The position numbers were made by a program, and so were the translations under genes. This document shows, piece after piece, positions 1 through 8,759 of a DNA stretch of 64,000 nt. The notes beneath the pieces are model-generated. The model was not told the DNA's origin, made no database searches, and was given only the letters and a program-made list of their open reading frames with translations. The DNA comes from a virus: IMG/VR virus record IMGVR_UViG_3300045988_104133, positions 22,871 to 86,870 of that record. One strand, 5' to 3'. Positions within the stretch are counted from its first letter, which is position 1. Every line of letters begins with the position of its first letter.

Positions 1-354
1 GGTATATTGCGAAAGGGAGCTATCAGTGCAAAAAAGGATGAGGTAGTCATTATCCCAATGAATATGCGTGATGGTTCTCTTATCTGCAAGGGAAAAGGTA
101 ACAAAGATTGGCTATGCTCTGCCCCTCATGGCGCAGGTAGATTAATGTCTCGTACACAGGCAAAGAAAGAGTTATCTATGGATTCTTACAAGAATGAAAT
201 GAATGGTATTTATTCCACATCAGTTTGTGAAGAAACCATTGACGAAGCACCTATGGCATATAAATCAACAGAAGAGATTGTTGAGCTAATAAAACCTACG
301 GTTAATGTGATAGATGTTATTAAACCAATTTACAACTTTAAAGCAAAATTATAA
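1..354 (+). CDS. rtcB: RtcB RNA ligase, C-terminal part (gene starts upstream of the window)
   Basis: RtcB hallmarks SAPHGAGR and DEAPMAYK. The reading frame is open to the window edge. Confidence 0.8.
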   Translation, partial: GILRKGAISAKKDEVVIIPMNMRDGSLICKGKGNKDWLCSAPHGAGRLMSRTQAKKELSMDSYKNEMNGIYSTSVCEETIDEAPMAYKSTEEIVELIKPTVNVIDVIKPIYNFKAKL

Positions 355-560
355 TGAGCAAGGAAACATTTGACTTCTCGGAGGCTCTCAGAAGAATGAA
401 GGAAGGAAAGAAAGTGAGAAGGGTAATTTGGAAAGAATGTGGAGCTTATATCCATATTGTCTCTGTGACTATTGTGGCTGTATGCGATGGCAAATTCTTT
501 CCTTGTGTTTTCAAAGATTCTGAGGATATTCTAGCAAATGACTGGGAGGAGGTGGAATGA
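354..560 (+). CDS. DUF2829-like small protein (the family that includes Thoeris anti-defence Tad2)
   Basis: N-terminal FSEALRRMKEGKKVRRVIW and C-terminal EDILANDWEEV match my recollection of DUF2829. ATGA overlap with rtcB. Not searched. Confidence 0.55.
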   Translation: MSKETFDFSEALRRMKEGKKVRRVIWKECGAYIHIVSVTIVAVCDGKFFPCVFKDSEDILANDWEEVE

Positions 561-814
561 TGAAGATTAGGTTGGCAAAGAAGATAATGAGGCGCAATAC
601 GCCTTATTGGATATTTCGTTATCTCTGCCATAATCGCATATTGTTACCAGGAGCTGGATATAAAAGACACCGCATCACAAAGGCGATGAGTTTAGTTGAA
701 CATTGGAATGCTCGTAGGTACAGAAACGAAGCGGCAAAGTTTAATAAAAAGAATCCGCTCAGTCCGAGAGACCTTCGTCGTAGTGTAGAAAGATTAAAAC
801 AGTACAGCGTATGA
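557..814 (+). CDS. Hypothetical basic protein (85 aa)
   Basis: Track ORF, translationally coupled (ATGA) to the upstream gene. Confidence 0.55.
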   Translation: MMKIRLAKKIMRRNTPYWIFRYLCHNRILLPGAGYKRHRITKAMSLVEHWNARRYRNEAAKFNKKNPLSPRDLRRSVERLKQYSV

Positions 815-939
815 AAGAAGAAAAATGTTGTGGTAACTGCCTTTGGATGGGACGCGAAGACATCTTAGGCAATGGATGGTGCTACAAAAAAGATTGCGAA
901 ACATCTTGTGATAAGGTTTGCAAGAAACATGAATTTTAA
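811..939 (+). CDS. Cys-rich mini-protein (42 aa)
   Basis: Hand translation MKEEKCCGNCLWMGREDILGNGWCYKKDCETSCDKVCKKHEF. The ATG overlaps the upstream stop (ATGA). Below the track length cutoff. Confidence 0.4.
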   Translation: MKEEKCCGNCLWMGREDILGNGWCYKKDCETSCDKVCKKHEF

Positions 940-954
940 ACTTTAAATATTAAA

Positions 955-1602
955 ATGGAAAAGATCTACAGACATTTTAAAGGAGGTTATTACAGATTTA
1001 TTACTGAGGTCACTAATAGTGAAACTCAGGAGAAGGAAGTTGTTTATCAGGCTCTCTATGGAGAGTGCAAGGTTTGGACTCGCCCTGCCGATATGTTCTA
1101 CGGAAAGGTGAACGTTGATGGTGTGGAGATTGATAGATTCACCGAGGTTGTTGGTGTGCCTGTTTTATTCAAAAAGACCAACGAGAACGCTATTATGCCA
1201 ACTAAGGCGCACGATGATGATTTCTGCTACGACTGCTATGCCGTATCAGAAGAAGAGGTTGCGCCTAACGTATGGAAATACGGTCTCGGATTTGCGCTAC
1301 AGATTGAAAACCGAAACAAGCCTGCTGACATTTCAAGATGCTTTACGTTCCGTCCTCGTTCTTCCGTATGGAAGACTGGTATGAGTCTCAGTAACTGTGA
1401 AGGCACTGTCGATGACCCATATACTGGAGAGATTTCTGCCGTATTCTATCACTTGTTTCCAAATATGCCAAGATATAAGGTTGGTGACAAAATCGTGCAA
1501 TTCCACCTCGAAAAAAGTGACAACATCATGCTTATCGAGACGGACAAATTAAACAAAACAGAGCGCGGCGATAACGGCTACGGCTCTTCTGATAAAAAGT
1601 AA
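955..1602 (+). CDS. dut: DUF1653-like domain fused to trimeric dUTPase
   Basis: N-terminus YRHFKGGYY..VVYQALYGE..WTRPADMF is DUF1653-like. C-terminus carries the dUTPase motifs FRPRSS and GTVDDPYTGEI. Confidence 0.7.
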   Translation: MEKIYRHFKGGYYRFITEVTNSETQEKEVVYQALYGECKVWTRPADMFYGKVNVDGVEIDRFTEVVGVPVLFKKTNENAIMPTKAHDDDFCYDCYAVSEEEVAPNVWKYGLGFALQIENRNKPADISRCFTFRPRSSVWKTGMSLSNCEGTVDDPYTGEISAVFYHLFPNMPRYKVGDKIVQFHLEKSDNIMLIETDKLNKTERGDNGYGSSDKK

Positions 1603-1605
1603 TAC

Positions 1606-2235
1606 ATGAATATAACAGATGAACAGAAAACGTATATAAAGGAACACCCTTACGAATCTCCTTACGCAATGGCCAAGAGCTTCGGTTGCGCAGTACAGAC
1701 TGTTTACTGGTGGCTACATAGGCTGCATGGGGATTCGTTCAAGGACGAAAGAAAAGAGCAAAGAGAGAAGATCAGGGAATCTGTCCGTAAGCTGTATCCG
1801 GATTACTCTTCTTCTGAAATTTCCAAAGAGCTTGGAATAACAAAGTCATGTGTAACAAGCATAGCAAAGGCACTTGGCGTTACTCATACCCAGGAAACGG
1901 AAGAAAGACTTCGGTTGAAATGTGCTCAGGCAATAATAAGACCGGAGATAATAGCTAAACGTTCTGAATCTCTAAAAAAGACGCTGAGGCTTGACAGGTA
2001 CAGAGCAACGAATGGAATAAAACAGAAGACACGACGCAAGTTCAAGACCATTCCGAGCAGATGTCTCTGTGCAAGGAACTATCTCTGCAATAAATACAAC
2101 TACTTCTACGACAAAGATTACGGAGAGCTGCTTACCGTGTTCTACGACAGCGAAACCAAAATGTTGACAGAAGAGCAGCAGAAACACTACGAGACGAAGT
2201 ATGGTATCAAGTTCCTCCAGGGAGCTGAAGAATAA
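1606..2235 (+). CDS. Putative DNA-binding protein with helix-turn-helix segments
   Basis: ISKELGITKSCVTSIAKALGV and MAKSFGCAVQTVYWWL look like HTH units. No family recognised. Confidence 0.6.
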   Translation: MNITDEQKTYIKEHPYESPYAMAKSFGCAVQTVYWWLHRLHGDSFKDERKEQREKIRESVRKLYPDYSSSEISKELGITKSCVTSIAKALGVTHTQETEERLRLKCAQAIIRPEIIAKRSESLKKTLRLDRYRATNGIKQKTRRKFKTIPSRCLCARNYLCNKYNYFYDKDYGELLTVFYDSETKMLTEEQQKHYETKYGIKFLQGAEE

Positions 2236-2259
2236 TTTCTGTGCATTATCTATATGTTT

Positions 2260-2297
2260 AGGGGTGGCTACACATCGCGTGCGGTCACCCCTTTTTG
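2260..2297 (+). terminator. Intrinsic terminator after the left (+) gene block
   Basis: GGGGTG...CACCCC hairpin followed by TTTTTG. Confidence 0.7.
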
Positions 2298-2335
2298 TTT
2301 ATAAATCAATAACCAAATAAAAACATTAGAAAAAA

Positions 2336-2938
2336 CTAAGAACGTTTATGTAGCTTTAGTCTCCAGTATATCCAACCTAAAAATGCGAGAATGCCTATGA
2401 AAAGGCAAACTGAAGTTATCTTACCTATATTTAAAAATGCCATGTCAGTCCTTGATAGCTGTTTCTCGACATATACTTTATCTTTCGATATTTTATTTAT
2501 CACTGAGATTAAGGAGTCGCATCTCTTGTGATATAGAGACGTGCTGTCCTTATATTCCTTGAGGCACGAAATGCTGTCCCTGAGTATCTGTACGTCCTCC
2601 TGCGATATTTCGTGATATTCGTAGTGGAATCTGTCTTCTCCAACTTTGTTACCATTGGCATCGTATTTGGAAGCCGTGCTATCCCTTATATGAGTCTTCT
2701 CTTTGGTGGTAGACTTTAAAGACTCTTTATGCGATGCTCTGTATGATTCCATTTCCTTAATAAGCCTTGCGTTAAAGAGAGAATCCCACTTAGCCTCGTT
2801 ACGCTTATCGGTGATGTATGTCTGTTTCTCTATCACACGTTCTTTCGCCTTACATCTACAGAACATTGATAGAATCAGCATTGCTACTGCAATGGCAATT
2901 ACAACCCTTGTTATTTTATCAATCAGTTTCATAATCAA
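2336..2938 (-). CDS. Membrane-anchored coiled-coil protein, possible spanin-like lysis component
   Basis: N- and C-terminal hydrophobic segments. Last gene of the holin-endolysin cassette and overlaps the endolysin end. Confidence 0.5.
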   Translation of the reverse strand: MIMKLIDKITRVVIAIAVAMLILSMFCRCKAKERVIEKQTYITDKRNEAKWDSLFNARLIKEMESYRASHKESLKSTTKEKTHIRDSTASKYDANGNKVGEDRFHYEYHEISQEDVQILRDSISCLKEYKDSTSLYHKRCDSLISVINKISKDKVYVEKQLSRTDMAFLNIGKITSVCLFIGILAFLGWIYWRLKLHKRS

Positions 2939-3428
2939 GTGAATTAATTCTGTTCAGCCAACCATTCTTGAACTTTTTGTTCTGTGGTCTTGTCTGACAG
3001 ATACGTTCAATAAAATCCTTCCGTTCCTGCTTGATGGTATCAAACAGATCCCGGCCATCTCTTGCGTTGACAGCTGCGATAGTCTTCGGCCCGACAATAC
3101 CATCCACATCAACGCCAAGAACTCTCTGAGGAATCTTGATACCGTAGGCTCCGCTAGCCCATACCCAGTCGACGAGGATATTGGCTACGTTCTGGTCTTT
3201 AATATCATCAGCATTCCACTTATCCCAGTAGTACTTCTTGAAGATTACACCCCATTGCACACGGGTCATACGCTTTAAATCGTTAACCGTCTTCTTGCTG
3301 CCGAATACTGAGCGGTACGTAGCAAGAGTCACACCCATATTAGTAGCTCCTCCCAAATCATCCTTGTCGTTAACGAAGCCACCTTCCCACTTTAGGATGA
3401 ACGGCTCTAAAATCTTACTGTTTGCCAT
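2919..3428 (-). CDS. Endolysin, GH108-type lysozyme with PG-binding domain
   Basis: LKWEGGFVNDKDDLGGATNMGVT and GVDVDGIVGPKTIAAVN. Start trimmed to MANSKILEPF inside track ORF 2919..3512. Confidence 0.75.
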   Translation of the reverse strand: MANSKILEPFILKWEGGFVNDKDDLGGATNMGVTLATYRSVFGSKKTVNDLKRMTRVQWGVIFKKYYWDKWNADDIKDQNVANILVDWVWASGAYGIKIPQRVLGVDVDGIVGPKTIAAVNARDGRDLFDTIKQERKDFIERICQTRPQNKKFKNGWLNRINSLDYETD

Positions 3429-3927
3429 TTTTGTTTTCCTCCTCTTTTTTATCAAACTCATTATTGAGTCTGTCAATAATCGGTTTCCAATAACTAGGCA
3501 ATGCCTTTGCAAACTCGAATCTCAAAATGTAGTAAATAACTCTGAATGCTACATTCTTAGGGTATGCCTTGATGAGGTTTTTGAATGCGTTGCATAGATA
3601 CACATAGCAGAAAATGTATGTAAGCATCTTTATTACAAACAAAGCCTCATTTCCGTCATTACAGCCTATCATGATACCATATATCACATAGTCAATGGTA
3701 AGATAGAGCAACATTTCAAGAATGGCGTTTACAAACTTTGATGCCGAAAAGTTTTTGCATCGTACAACACTAACGCCATCAGCTCGCATACCACAAAAGA
3801 TATTGAAGCCGAAAGCAATTACTAGCGCCAGAACGAAACCTTCAGTTGGCGTTGCAAAGGCAAGTATAGCAGAGGAAATTGTAACCACTATCTGCCTAAT
3901 CTGTGAAGAATCTAATAAATTTGTCAT
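3415..3927 (-). CDS. Putative holin (multi-pass membrane protein)
   Basis: Several hydrophobic helices and a charged C-terminal tail. Lies immediately upstream of, and overlaps, the endolysin. Confidence 0.5.
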   Translation of the reverse strand: MTNLLDSSQIRQIVVTISSAILAFATPTEGFVLALVIAFGFNIFCGMRADGVSVVRCKNFSASKFVNAILEMLLYLTIDYVIYGIMIGCNDGNEALFVIKMLTYIFCYVYLCNAFKNLIKAYPKNVAFRVIYYILRFEFAKALPSYWKPIIDRLNNEFDKKEEENKNGKQ

Positions 3928-3977
3928 AATCTGTTATCCTGAATAATTAATAAAAATAAAGTTTCGGTCTCTTTCTG

Positions 3978-3985
3978 CAAAGATA
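3978..3985 (-). promoter_or_regulatory. Bacteroidota -7 box TATCTTTG upstream of the holin
   Basis: CAAAGATA on the + strand, about 50 nt upstream of the start at 3927. Confidence 0.5.
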
Positions 3986-4025
3986 GCAAAAAAAACCGAA
4001 ACTTCATTCAGAATAACGAAAAACT

Positions 4026-4454
4026 TTAGACATTCAAGTCGTAATATGGAAGTCTGCCACTTTCCAGGAAGGAAATACATTCATCGAAAATCTTTTGCTC
4101 GTAGTTGTACGTGTTGATCTTCGGGAACCATTTCTTTATTTTTGCGTCGTTACGCTTTACCATTTCTCCCCAGAGAACGCACCAGTCTTCGAGATTGATG
4201 TTGTCGTTCTTGACCTCATGCCAATAGTCCTTGGCCACATCTTTAGTATGAAGCTGACCGATGAGGCAAAGATGCATATCTGCCATCTCTTCGTTATAAT
4301 GACACGATCCAATCTCTCCCTGGACCTGCTTCATCACATCAAGCATTACGCTGTCATTCATTCCGACTTCACAACAATCTGCCATGATCGTAACACAGTT
4401 CTTGATAGCCTGCATATCATTGCTAGCTATAATGTCTTCGAATACCTTTTTCAT
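4026..4454 (-). CDS. Hypothetical protein (142 aa)
   Basis: Track ORF, co-oriented and tightly packed with neighbours. Confidence 0.65.
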   Translation of the reverse strand: MKKVFEDIIASNDMQAIKNCVTIMADCCEVGMNDSVMLDVMKQVQGEIGSCHYNEEMADMHLCLIGQLHTKDVAKDYWHEVKNDNINLEDWCVLWGEMVKRNDAKIKKWFPKINTYNYEQKIFDECISFLESGRLPYYDLNV

Positions 4455-4472
4455 AACCGTATATTTTTGATG

Positions 4473-4979
4473 TTACTTCAGAAAATACTCTCTGATGTTG
4501 TATACACCATCCTTGTCTTTCAACAAATCGAGTGCAAGGCTGTGGGCATACTTAACCAGATGTTCTGTATCAATGTCCTTAACATCTTCCTTGCCGAGTA
4601 TCTTAGCAATTGTGCATCCGTGGTCGCTTACAACCTGATTCATCGCAACGTACAAAGCGTAATCGTTGTAATAAGGTTTCTCCTCTGTTGCAAGTCCGAG
4701 ACCGGTCATAGCATTGATCCATGTCTGCATATCCCAGGTTACTGGTGGATTCATACCGTTTACAATCTCAGAAGCTTCCTTCTTCGTAAGATAGTTCTTC
4801 CACTTGATAGCGCAAAGCTTATCAAGATACTCTTGTGCCAACTCTGGGTGCTTGGATGCCATATCCTTCATCATGCGACGCATCGTATTACCGAATACGT
4901 GCATATACTTTACGTTGGTTGACGAAGCCATAATCCCATAAAGCTCATCAAACTTACTCATAATGTCTTTTGTTTCCAT
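4473..4979 (-). CDS. Hypothetical protein (168 aa)
   Basis: Track ORF, co-oriented and tightly packed with neighbours. Confidence 0.65.
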   Translation of the reverse strand: METKDIMSKFDELYGIMASSTNVKYMHVFGNTMRRMMKDMASKHPELAQEYLDKLCAIKWKNYLTKKEASEIVNGMNPPVTWDMQTWINAMTGLGLATEEKPYYNDYALYVAMNQVVSDHGCTIAKILGKEDVKDIDTEHLVKYAHSLALDLLKDKDGVYNIREYFLK

Positions 4980-4993
4980 ATCTTGTATATTTT

Positions 4994-5425
4994 TTAACCT
5001 ATTATCAAATCTTTCAACTCTACAAAGTCCTCCTCTGTGAAGTTGATGCTTCGCTTGCTTCCAAAGAGGATAGCAGTAGCAATTCCATCTGGCAGGTCAA
5101 TAGACACAACTCCTTTGTCGATATGTCCGTGTATAAAACCTACATCGAATTTGTAATCTTCCACGGATTTTAGCATCTGCATCATATCTTCAAATATCGT
5201 GTTGGCATCTATGTTGCCGTCTTCATCGGCGATGAATAGGGTAGCGTTGTCAATGCTCTTGCCCCAACTATCCTTGTGCTTGGCGATGATGTTGTGCGCC
5301 GCACGTTTCATGTACACTGATGGTATGGCGAGCATCTGGTTAGCCTTAACCATATCGTCTATTCTAGCATCTGCCCACAAATCAAGCGATGTAAGCAGTT
5401 TCTCTTTCAATTCTGTTACGTTCAT
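4994..5425 (-). CDS. Hypothetical protein (143 aa)
   Basis: Track ORF, 4-nt overlap with the upstream gene. Confidence 0.65.
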   Translation of the reverse strand: MNVTELKEKLLTSLDLWADARIDDMVKANQMLAIPSVYMKRAAHNIIAKHKDSWGKSIDNATLFIADEDGNIDANTIFEDMMQMLKSVEDYKFDVGFIHGHIDKGVVSIDLPDGIATAILFGSKRSINFTEEDFVELKDLIIG

Positions 5426-5919
5426 TTCTTAGTTCCTCCCTTCTTTGTCCCTTGAACCATAGCGAGATACTCTTGCCACGTTTTATCACTATGATTTGTC
5501 ATATAGTCGTTAAGCATAGCGGTTTTCTGCTCTTCCGCCTGTGCTACTTCTTTTCTCAGTCGTTGCATCAAAGACAAATGTTTCTTTAATGCCTCCTGTC
5601 CTTGCTGAGTGCTTTCGATACGAGGGCGTATGATGCGCAATTCCTCGTCTTGCACTAGCTTAGATACATATTGCAAGCTATTGACGTATTCCTGATTCTG
5701 CATCAAATACTGCCTTTGCGCCCCTGTAAGATTGTCCTCAATTTTGTCAATTTCATCCCAGAGTGGGGTTTGAGACTGCTGTGCTTGCATGTTGATGGAT
5801 GCTCGCTTCTGTTGTATTGCCTCATACATCTTCTGTAGCTCAGCATCCATCATTTGCGGCTGTTGCTGACTTGTGCCCATATCAAGCAAAGGGCTGTTTC
5901 CGAAATTCATCATAATCAA
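5422..5919 (-). CDS. Hypothetical Gln-rich coiled-coil protein (165 aa)
   Basis: Track ORF, co-oriented. Confidence 0.6.
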   Translation of the reverse strand: MIMMNFGNSPLLDMGTSQQQPQMMDAELQKMYEAIQQKRASINMQAQQSQTPLWDEIDKIEDNLTGAQRQYLMQNQEYVNSLQYVSKLVQDEELRIIRPRIESTQQGQEALKKHLSLMQRLRKEVAQAEEQKTAMLNDYMTNHSDKTWQEYLAMVQGTKKGGTKK

Positions 5920-6036
5920 TATCTTTAAGTTGGTGATATATTATAGAGAGGTGAGAGGGCATCCACCAACGAGGGCAAACACCCCTCACCAACTCATTTT
6001 TTCTTAGTCCGTCTAACCGACTTCCTTACTGCTCTG

Positions 6037-6762
6037 TTACGCTCCTGTAGTGGGAGTAGAAGGAGCAGTGCAGTTACAGCCATAGCTGCCGTAACCAGTA
6101 ACTACTGGTGTAGATGGGAGCACAAGCTGACCATCAATCTTGCGGCAGCACTTCTCGTTAACGTAAGCCATCATAAGTTTCTCCTTGTAAGGAGTGAGGG
6201 CTTCCATTACGGCTACCTTCTTGTCGAGGTCACTATACTTTGCTTGCAACGCATCGTACTGGTCTCTCTGATTCTTGTACAAGCCGAAATCAGCATCAAC
6301 CTGAGACTTGTAAAGACCGAACTCAGCCTGCATTGCACGGCGGTTCTCGGCGTTGATAGCATCGTTAGCACCCTTATACATAGAGAACTTCTCAGCGATG
6401 TCTGTCTCTCGCATAGCGTAGAACTTGTTAGCGGTGTCGAGCTTCATACCGAACATGTAGGTAAGCAACTTTACCTCATCATCGCATTCCTTCTCCATTA
6501 CCTGCAAGGCAGTTGGCTGATTTGAACTTGCGTTAGCCCCATAGGCGTTGATGTTCACGTTCTCAGGCATATTGCTGCCACCGAGTGAACCAAACACACT
6601 GCGGTTGTTACCGCCAAGCAACCAAGCACCAGCACCGAGTGCTGTGCCGATGATACCAAGGGTAAGACCAGCATTGCCTGTTGCCTTAGAAGCATAATCA
6701 TCGTGCTTCTTTCCCTCTTCGTAGATTTTCTTCTCTACGACCTTTGCATCTGTCATTTCCAT
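6037..6762 (-). CDS. Hypothetical protein with Gly-rich membrane segment and coiled coil (241 aa)
   Basis: Track ORF. GLTLGIIGTALGAGAWLLGG is hydrophobic. Has its own promoter box upstream. Confidence 0.65.
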   Translation of the reverse strand: MEMTDAKVVEKKIYEEGKKHDDYASKATGNAGLTLGIIGTALGAGAWLLGGNNRSVFGSLGGSNMPENVNINAYGANASSNQPTALQVMEKECDDEVKLLTYMFGMKLDTANKFYAMRETDIAEKFSMYKGANDAINAENRRAMQAEFGLYKSQVDADFGLYKNQRDQYDALQAKYSDLDKKVAVMEALTPYKEKLMMAYVNEKCCRKIDGQLVLPSTPVVTGYGSYGCNCTAPSTPTTGA

Positions 6763-6822
6763 GATACAATCTTTTTAAGTTATCCTTAATATTAACTAAC
6801 ACTATGTAATCGATTACGGATG

Positions 6823-6830
6823 CAAAGGTA
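6823..6830 (-). promoter_or_regulatory. Bacteroidota -7 box TACCTTTG
   Basis: CAAAGGTA on the + strand, about 60 nt upstream of the start at 6762. Confidence 0.5.
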
Positions 6831-6926
6831 CAAAGAATAGGGTAGAGCAAATATAACTCTATCACACTTTCTTTTATTGCTTGATTATCAGTGATTTAAG
6901 GTGATAGGAGGTAATATCATAAATAA

Positions 6927-6960
6927 CAAAAAAAAAGAGAGGCAATCACTTACCTCTCTT
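6927..6960 (-). terminator. Intrinsic terminator ending the 7846..6946 unit
   Basis: AAGAGAGG/CCTCTCTT hairpin overlapping the stop codon, followed on the - strand by a 9-nt T run. Confidence 0.7.
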
Positions 6961-7290
6961 GCTCTTAATGAAGTGCAGTATATCCCACTTCTTCCAATAT
7001 CGGGTGTGCCCTCGCTTCTTGCACTCACCGTTCGGAATGTCGCCCCTTGCAACCATCCTGTTAAGGGTAGCATCAGAAACGTGAAGCTTCTCCTTGACTT
7101 CCTCGGTAGATAGCATCGGATTGAGAGCATACGGCAGATAGTTCTCACAAAGGTCTTCTATCTCATCGCTACTCATTCCGCAAGCAGTTACCTTCTCCCC
7201 TCTCTTCTCTTGCTCGTCTGCTCGAAAACAAGAATCCGATAACGATTTTAATAACACTCCCAAGGTGTGATAACCAAATAACTTTCCCAT
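6946..7290 (-). CDS. Excisionase/MerR-like helix-turn-helix DNA-binding protein
   Basis: LSTEEVKEKLHVSDATLNRMVARGDIP...WKKWDILHFI matches the Xis/AlpA-type HTH pattern. The true start may be the internal MSSDEIED. Confidence 0.6.
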   Translation of the reverse strand: MGKLFGYHTLGVLLKSLSDSCFRADEQEKRGEKVTACGMSSDEIEDLCENYLPYALNPMLSTEEVKEKLHVSDATLNRMVARGDIPNGECKKRGHTRYWKKWDILHFIKSKRGK

Positions 7291-7294
7291 ATCA

Positions 7295-7846
7295 TTATAA
7301 TCTAGAGATTAAACTTTGACAGCCCTTGCCTGAGAAATACTTATCAGCAAAACCATATACATAAAATATAATGGTCATTACAAGTATTACAACATTAGCT
7401 TCCACCATTTCTTTGGTGGTAAAAACATTCCAGTATACGATATGAATAGCATTTATCCCAAATAGGTAGATGATCATCGGAATACGCCATCTGTAGCAGA
7501 GCCAAAAGAATCTGCTCGCAATTATAAGTATAAGCGGATGGATGTAAACGGAAAAATAGATAAATGCTGCCGATACCCAATTCTCCTTAAACCATACGCA
7601 CATTTCTTTTTCGTGAGACGCAAATGTTACCATGCATGCAATATGAAAAAGCATGATAAACAGAGGCATCACTTCACAATAATACTTAAACCAAGTGAGT
7701 AGCTTTATGCTGTAGCCTCTACCTGCAAGGATAATGACGTTTATCATTTCGCTAACGTCCATGTCCTTAAACATTACTCTTGACAACTGTACAACACCGA
7801 CTGATTGAACTAACCGATGGACTTCATCTTCTTCCTCTTTAGTCAT
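7295..7846 (-). CDS. Multi-pass membrane protein (183 aa)
   Basis: Five to six hydrophobic helices. First gene of a promoter-to-terminator unit. Confidence 0.65.
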   Translation of the reverse strand: MTKEEEDEVHRLVQSVGVVQLSRVMFKDMDVSEMINVIILAGRGYSIKLLTWFKYYCEVMPLFIMLFHIACMVTFASHEKEMCVWFKENWVSAAFIYFSVYIHPLILIIASRFFWLCYRWRIPMIIYLFGINAIHIVYWNVFTTKEMVEANVVILVMTIIFYVYGFADKYFSGKGCQSLISRL

Positions 7847-7885
7847 AAGCTGTTATATTTTAGTTGATTTAAAAGATTGATGCCG

Positions 7886-7893
7886 CAAAGGTA
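7886..7893 (-). promoter_or_regulatory. Bacteroidota -7 box TACCTTTG
   Basis: CAAAGGTA on the + strand, 40 nt upstream of the start at 7846. Confidence 0.55.
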
Positions 7894-7975
7894 CGCATCT
7901 TCTAATAAAAGTAATTGGTTTTTGATTGATTTTTGTGTTAAACTTTATAAAATGTAACAATCTGAAAGTAGATGG

Positions 7976-8024
7976 CTACAAAAATAGCGTTAGAACGGCT
8001 TTCTTGCCAAATTCTAACGCTATT
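7976..8024 (-). terminator. Intrinsic terminator after gene 8043..8507
   Basis: 13-bp stem AATAGCGTTAGAA/TTCTAACGCTATT followed on the - strand by TTTTTG. Confidence 0.7.
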
Positions 8025-8042
8025 ATTATATCTACACTGGTA

Positions 8043-8507
8043 TTATCCTATCACAACATCAAGGGTCTCCATATCAGCGAACTTCAAGCCGCAATCCTTA
8101 GCAGCTTTGAACAGCTCCTTCTCGTCAACTTCCTCAATGGCTACCTCTACCTCCTTGTCGGCAAGTTCCTTGAAATACTTTTCGGTCTTCTGCTTCTGAT
8201 TGAAGAAGTACTCATTGACCTCAGCGAACTTGGCTGAATCGTCCTTGGTGTATTCGTAGCCTTCATCGGCGTGCTTCTGCTCCAACTGCTGGCACTCCTG
8301 AAGCTTGCACTGCATCTCCTCGAACTTATCGTCCTTCAGGCTCTCCTGCGCTTCCTTCACATCCTTGTCGTAAGTATCGGCTACTTGGCGCAGTGCCTTC
8401 ATATTCTTCCAAACTCGCATAGCGGCATCATCACTCATTGATGATGTCTTCAATGCCTTCAATGTTCTGTAGGCATCAACTGCCTCAATTGTCTTAATCT
8501 TTTTCAT
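8043..8507 (-). CDS. Hypothetical acidic coiled-coil protein (154 aa)
   Basis: Track ORF flanked by its own promoter box and terminator. Confidence 0.65.
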   Translation of the reverse strand: MKKIKTIEAVDAYRTLKALKTSSMSDDAAMRVWKNMKALRQVADTYDKDVKEAQESLKDDKFEEMQCKLQECQQLEQKHADEGYEYTKDDSAKFAEVNEYFFNQKQKTEKYFKELADKEVEVAIEEVDEKELFKAAKDCGLKFADMETLDVVIG

Positions 8508-8584
8508 AATTGTTTCTTTATTTTTATGTTATACAATATTCTTCGCCAGATTGCCATAGCAGAATACCTTTCCTATTAACAGTG

Positions 8585-8592
8585 CAAAGTTA
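8585..8592 (-). promoter_or_regulatory. Bacteroidota -7 box TAACTTTG
   Basis: CAAAGTTA on the + strand, about 80 nt upstream of the start at 8507. Confidence 0.45.
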
Positions 8593-8759
8593 AGAAAATA
8601 ATTCCGAATAACAATGCAGGAGGAGCAAAATTTACGAATTTTAAAAACAGCTTCCCCACGTTGGATAATCACTAGGACGTAATGTGTCTGCTTTCTCGGT
8701 GAGAACGTAAACCACAAATACATTTCTAGCATATTTGTTATATTAAGAACATCTGCTTT

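Noticed and set aside
4095-4922. 275-aa plus-strand ORF
   Set aside because: It overlaps two well-packed minus-strand genes (4026..4454, 4473..4979). Its translation is hydrophobic and low-complexity, as is typical of an antisense frame.
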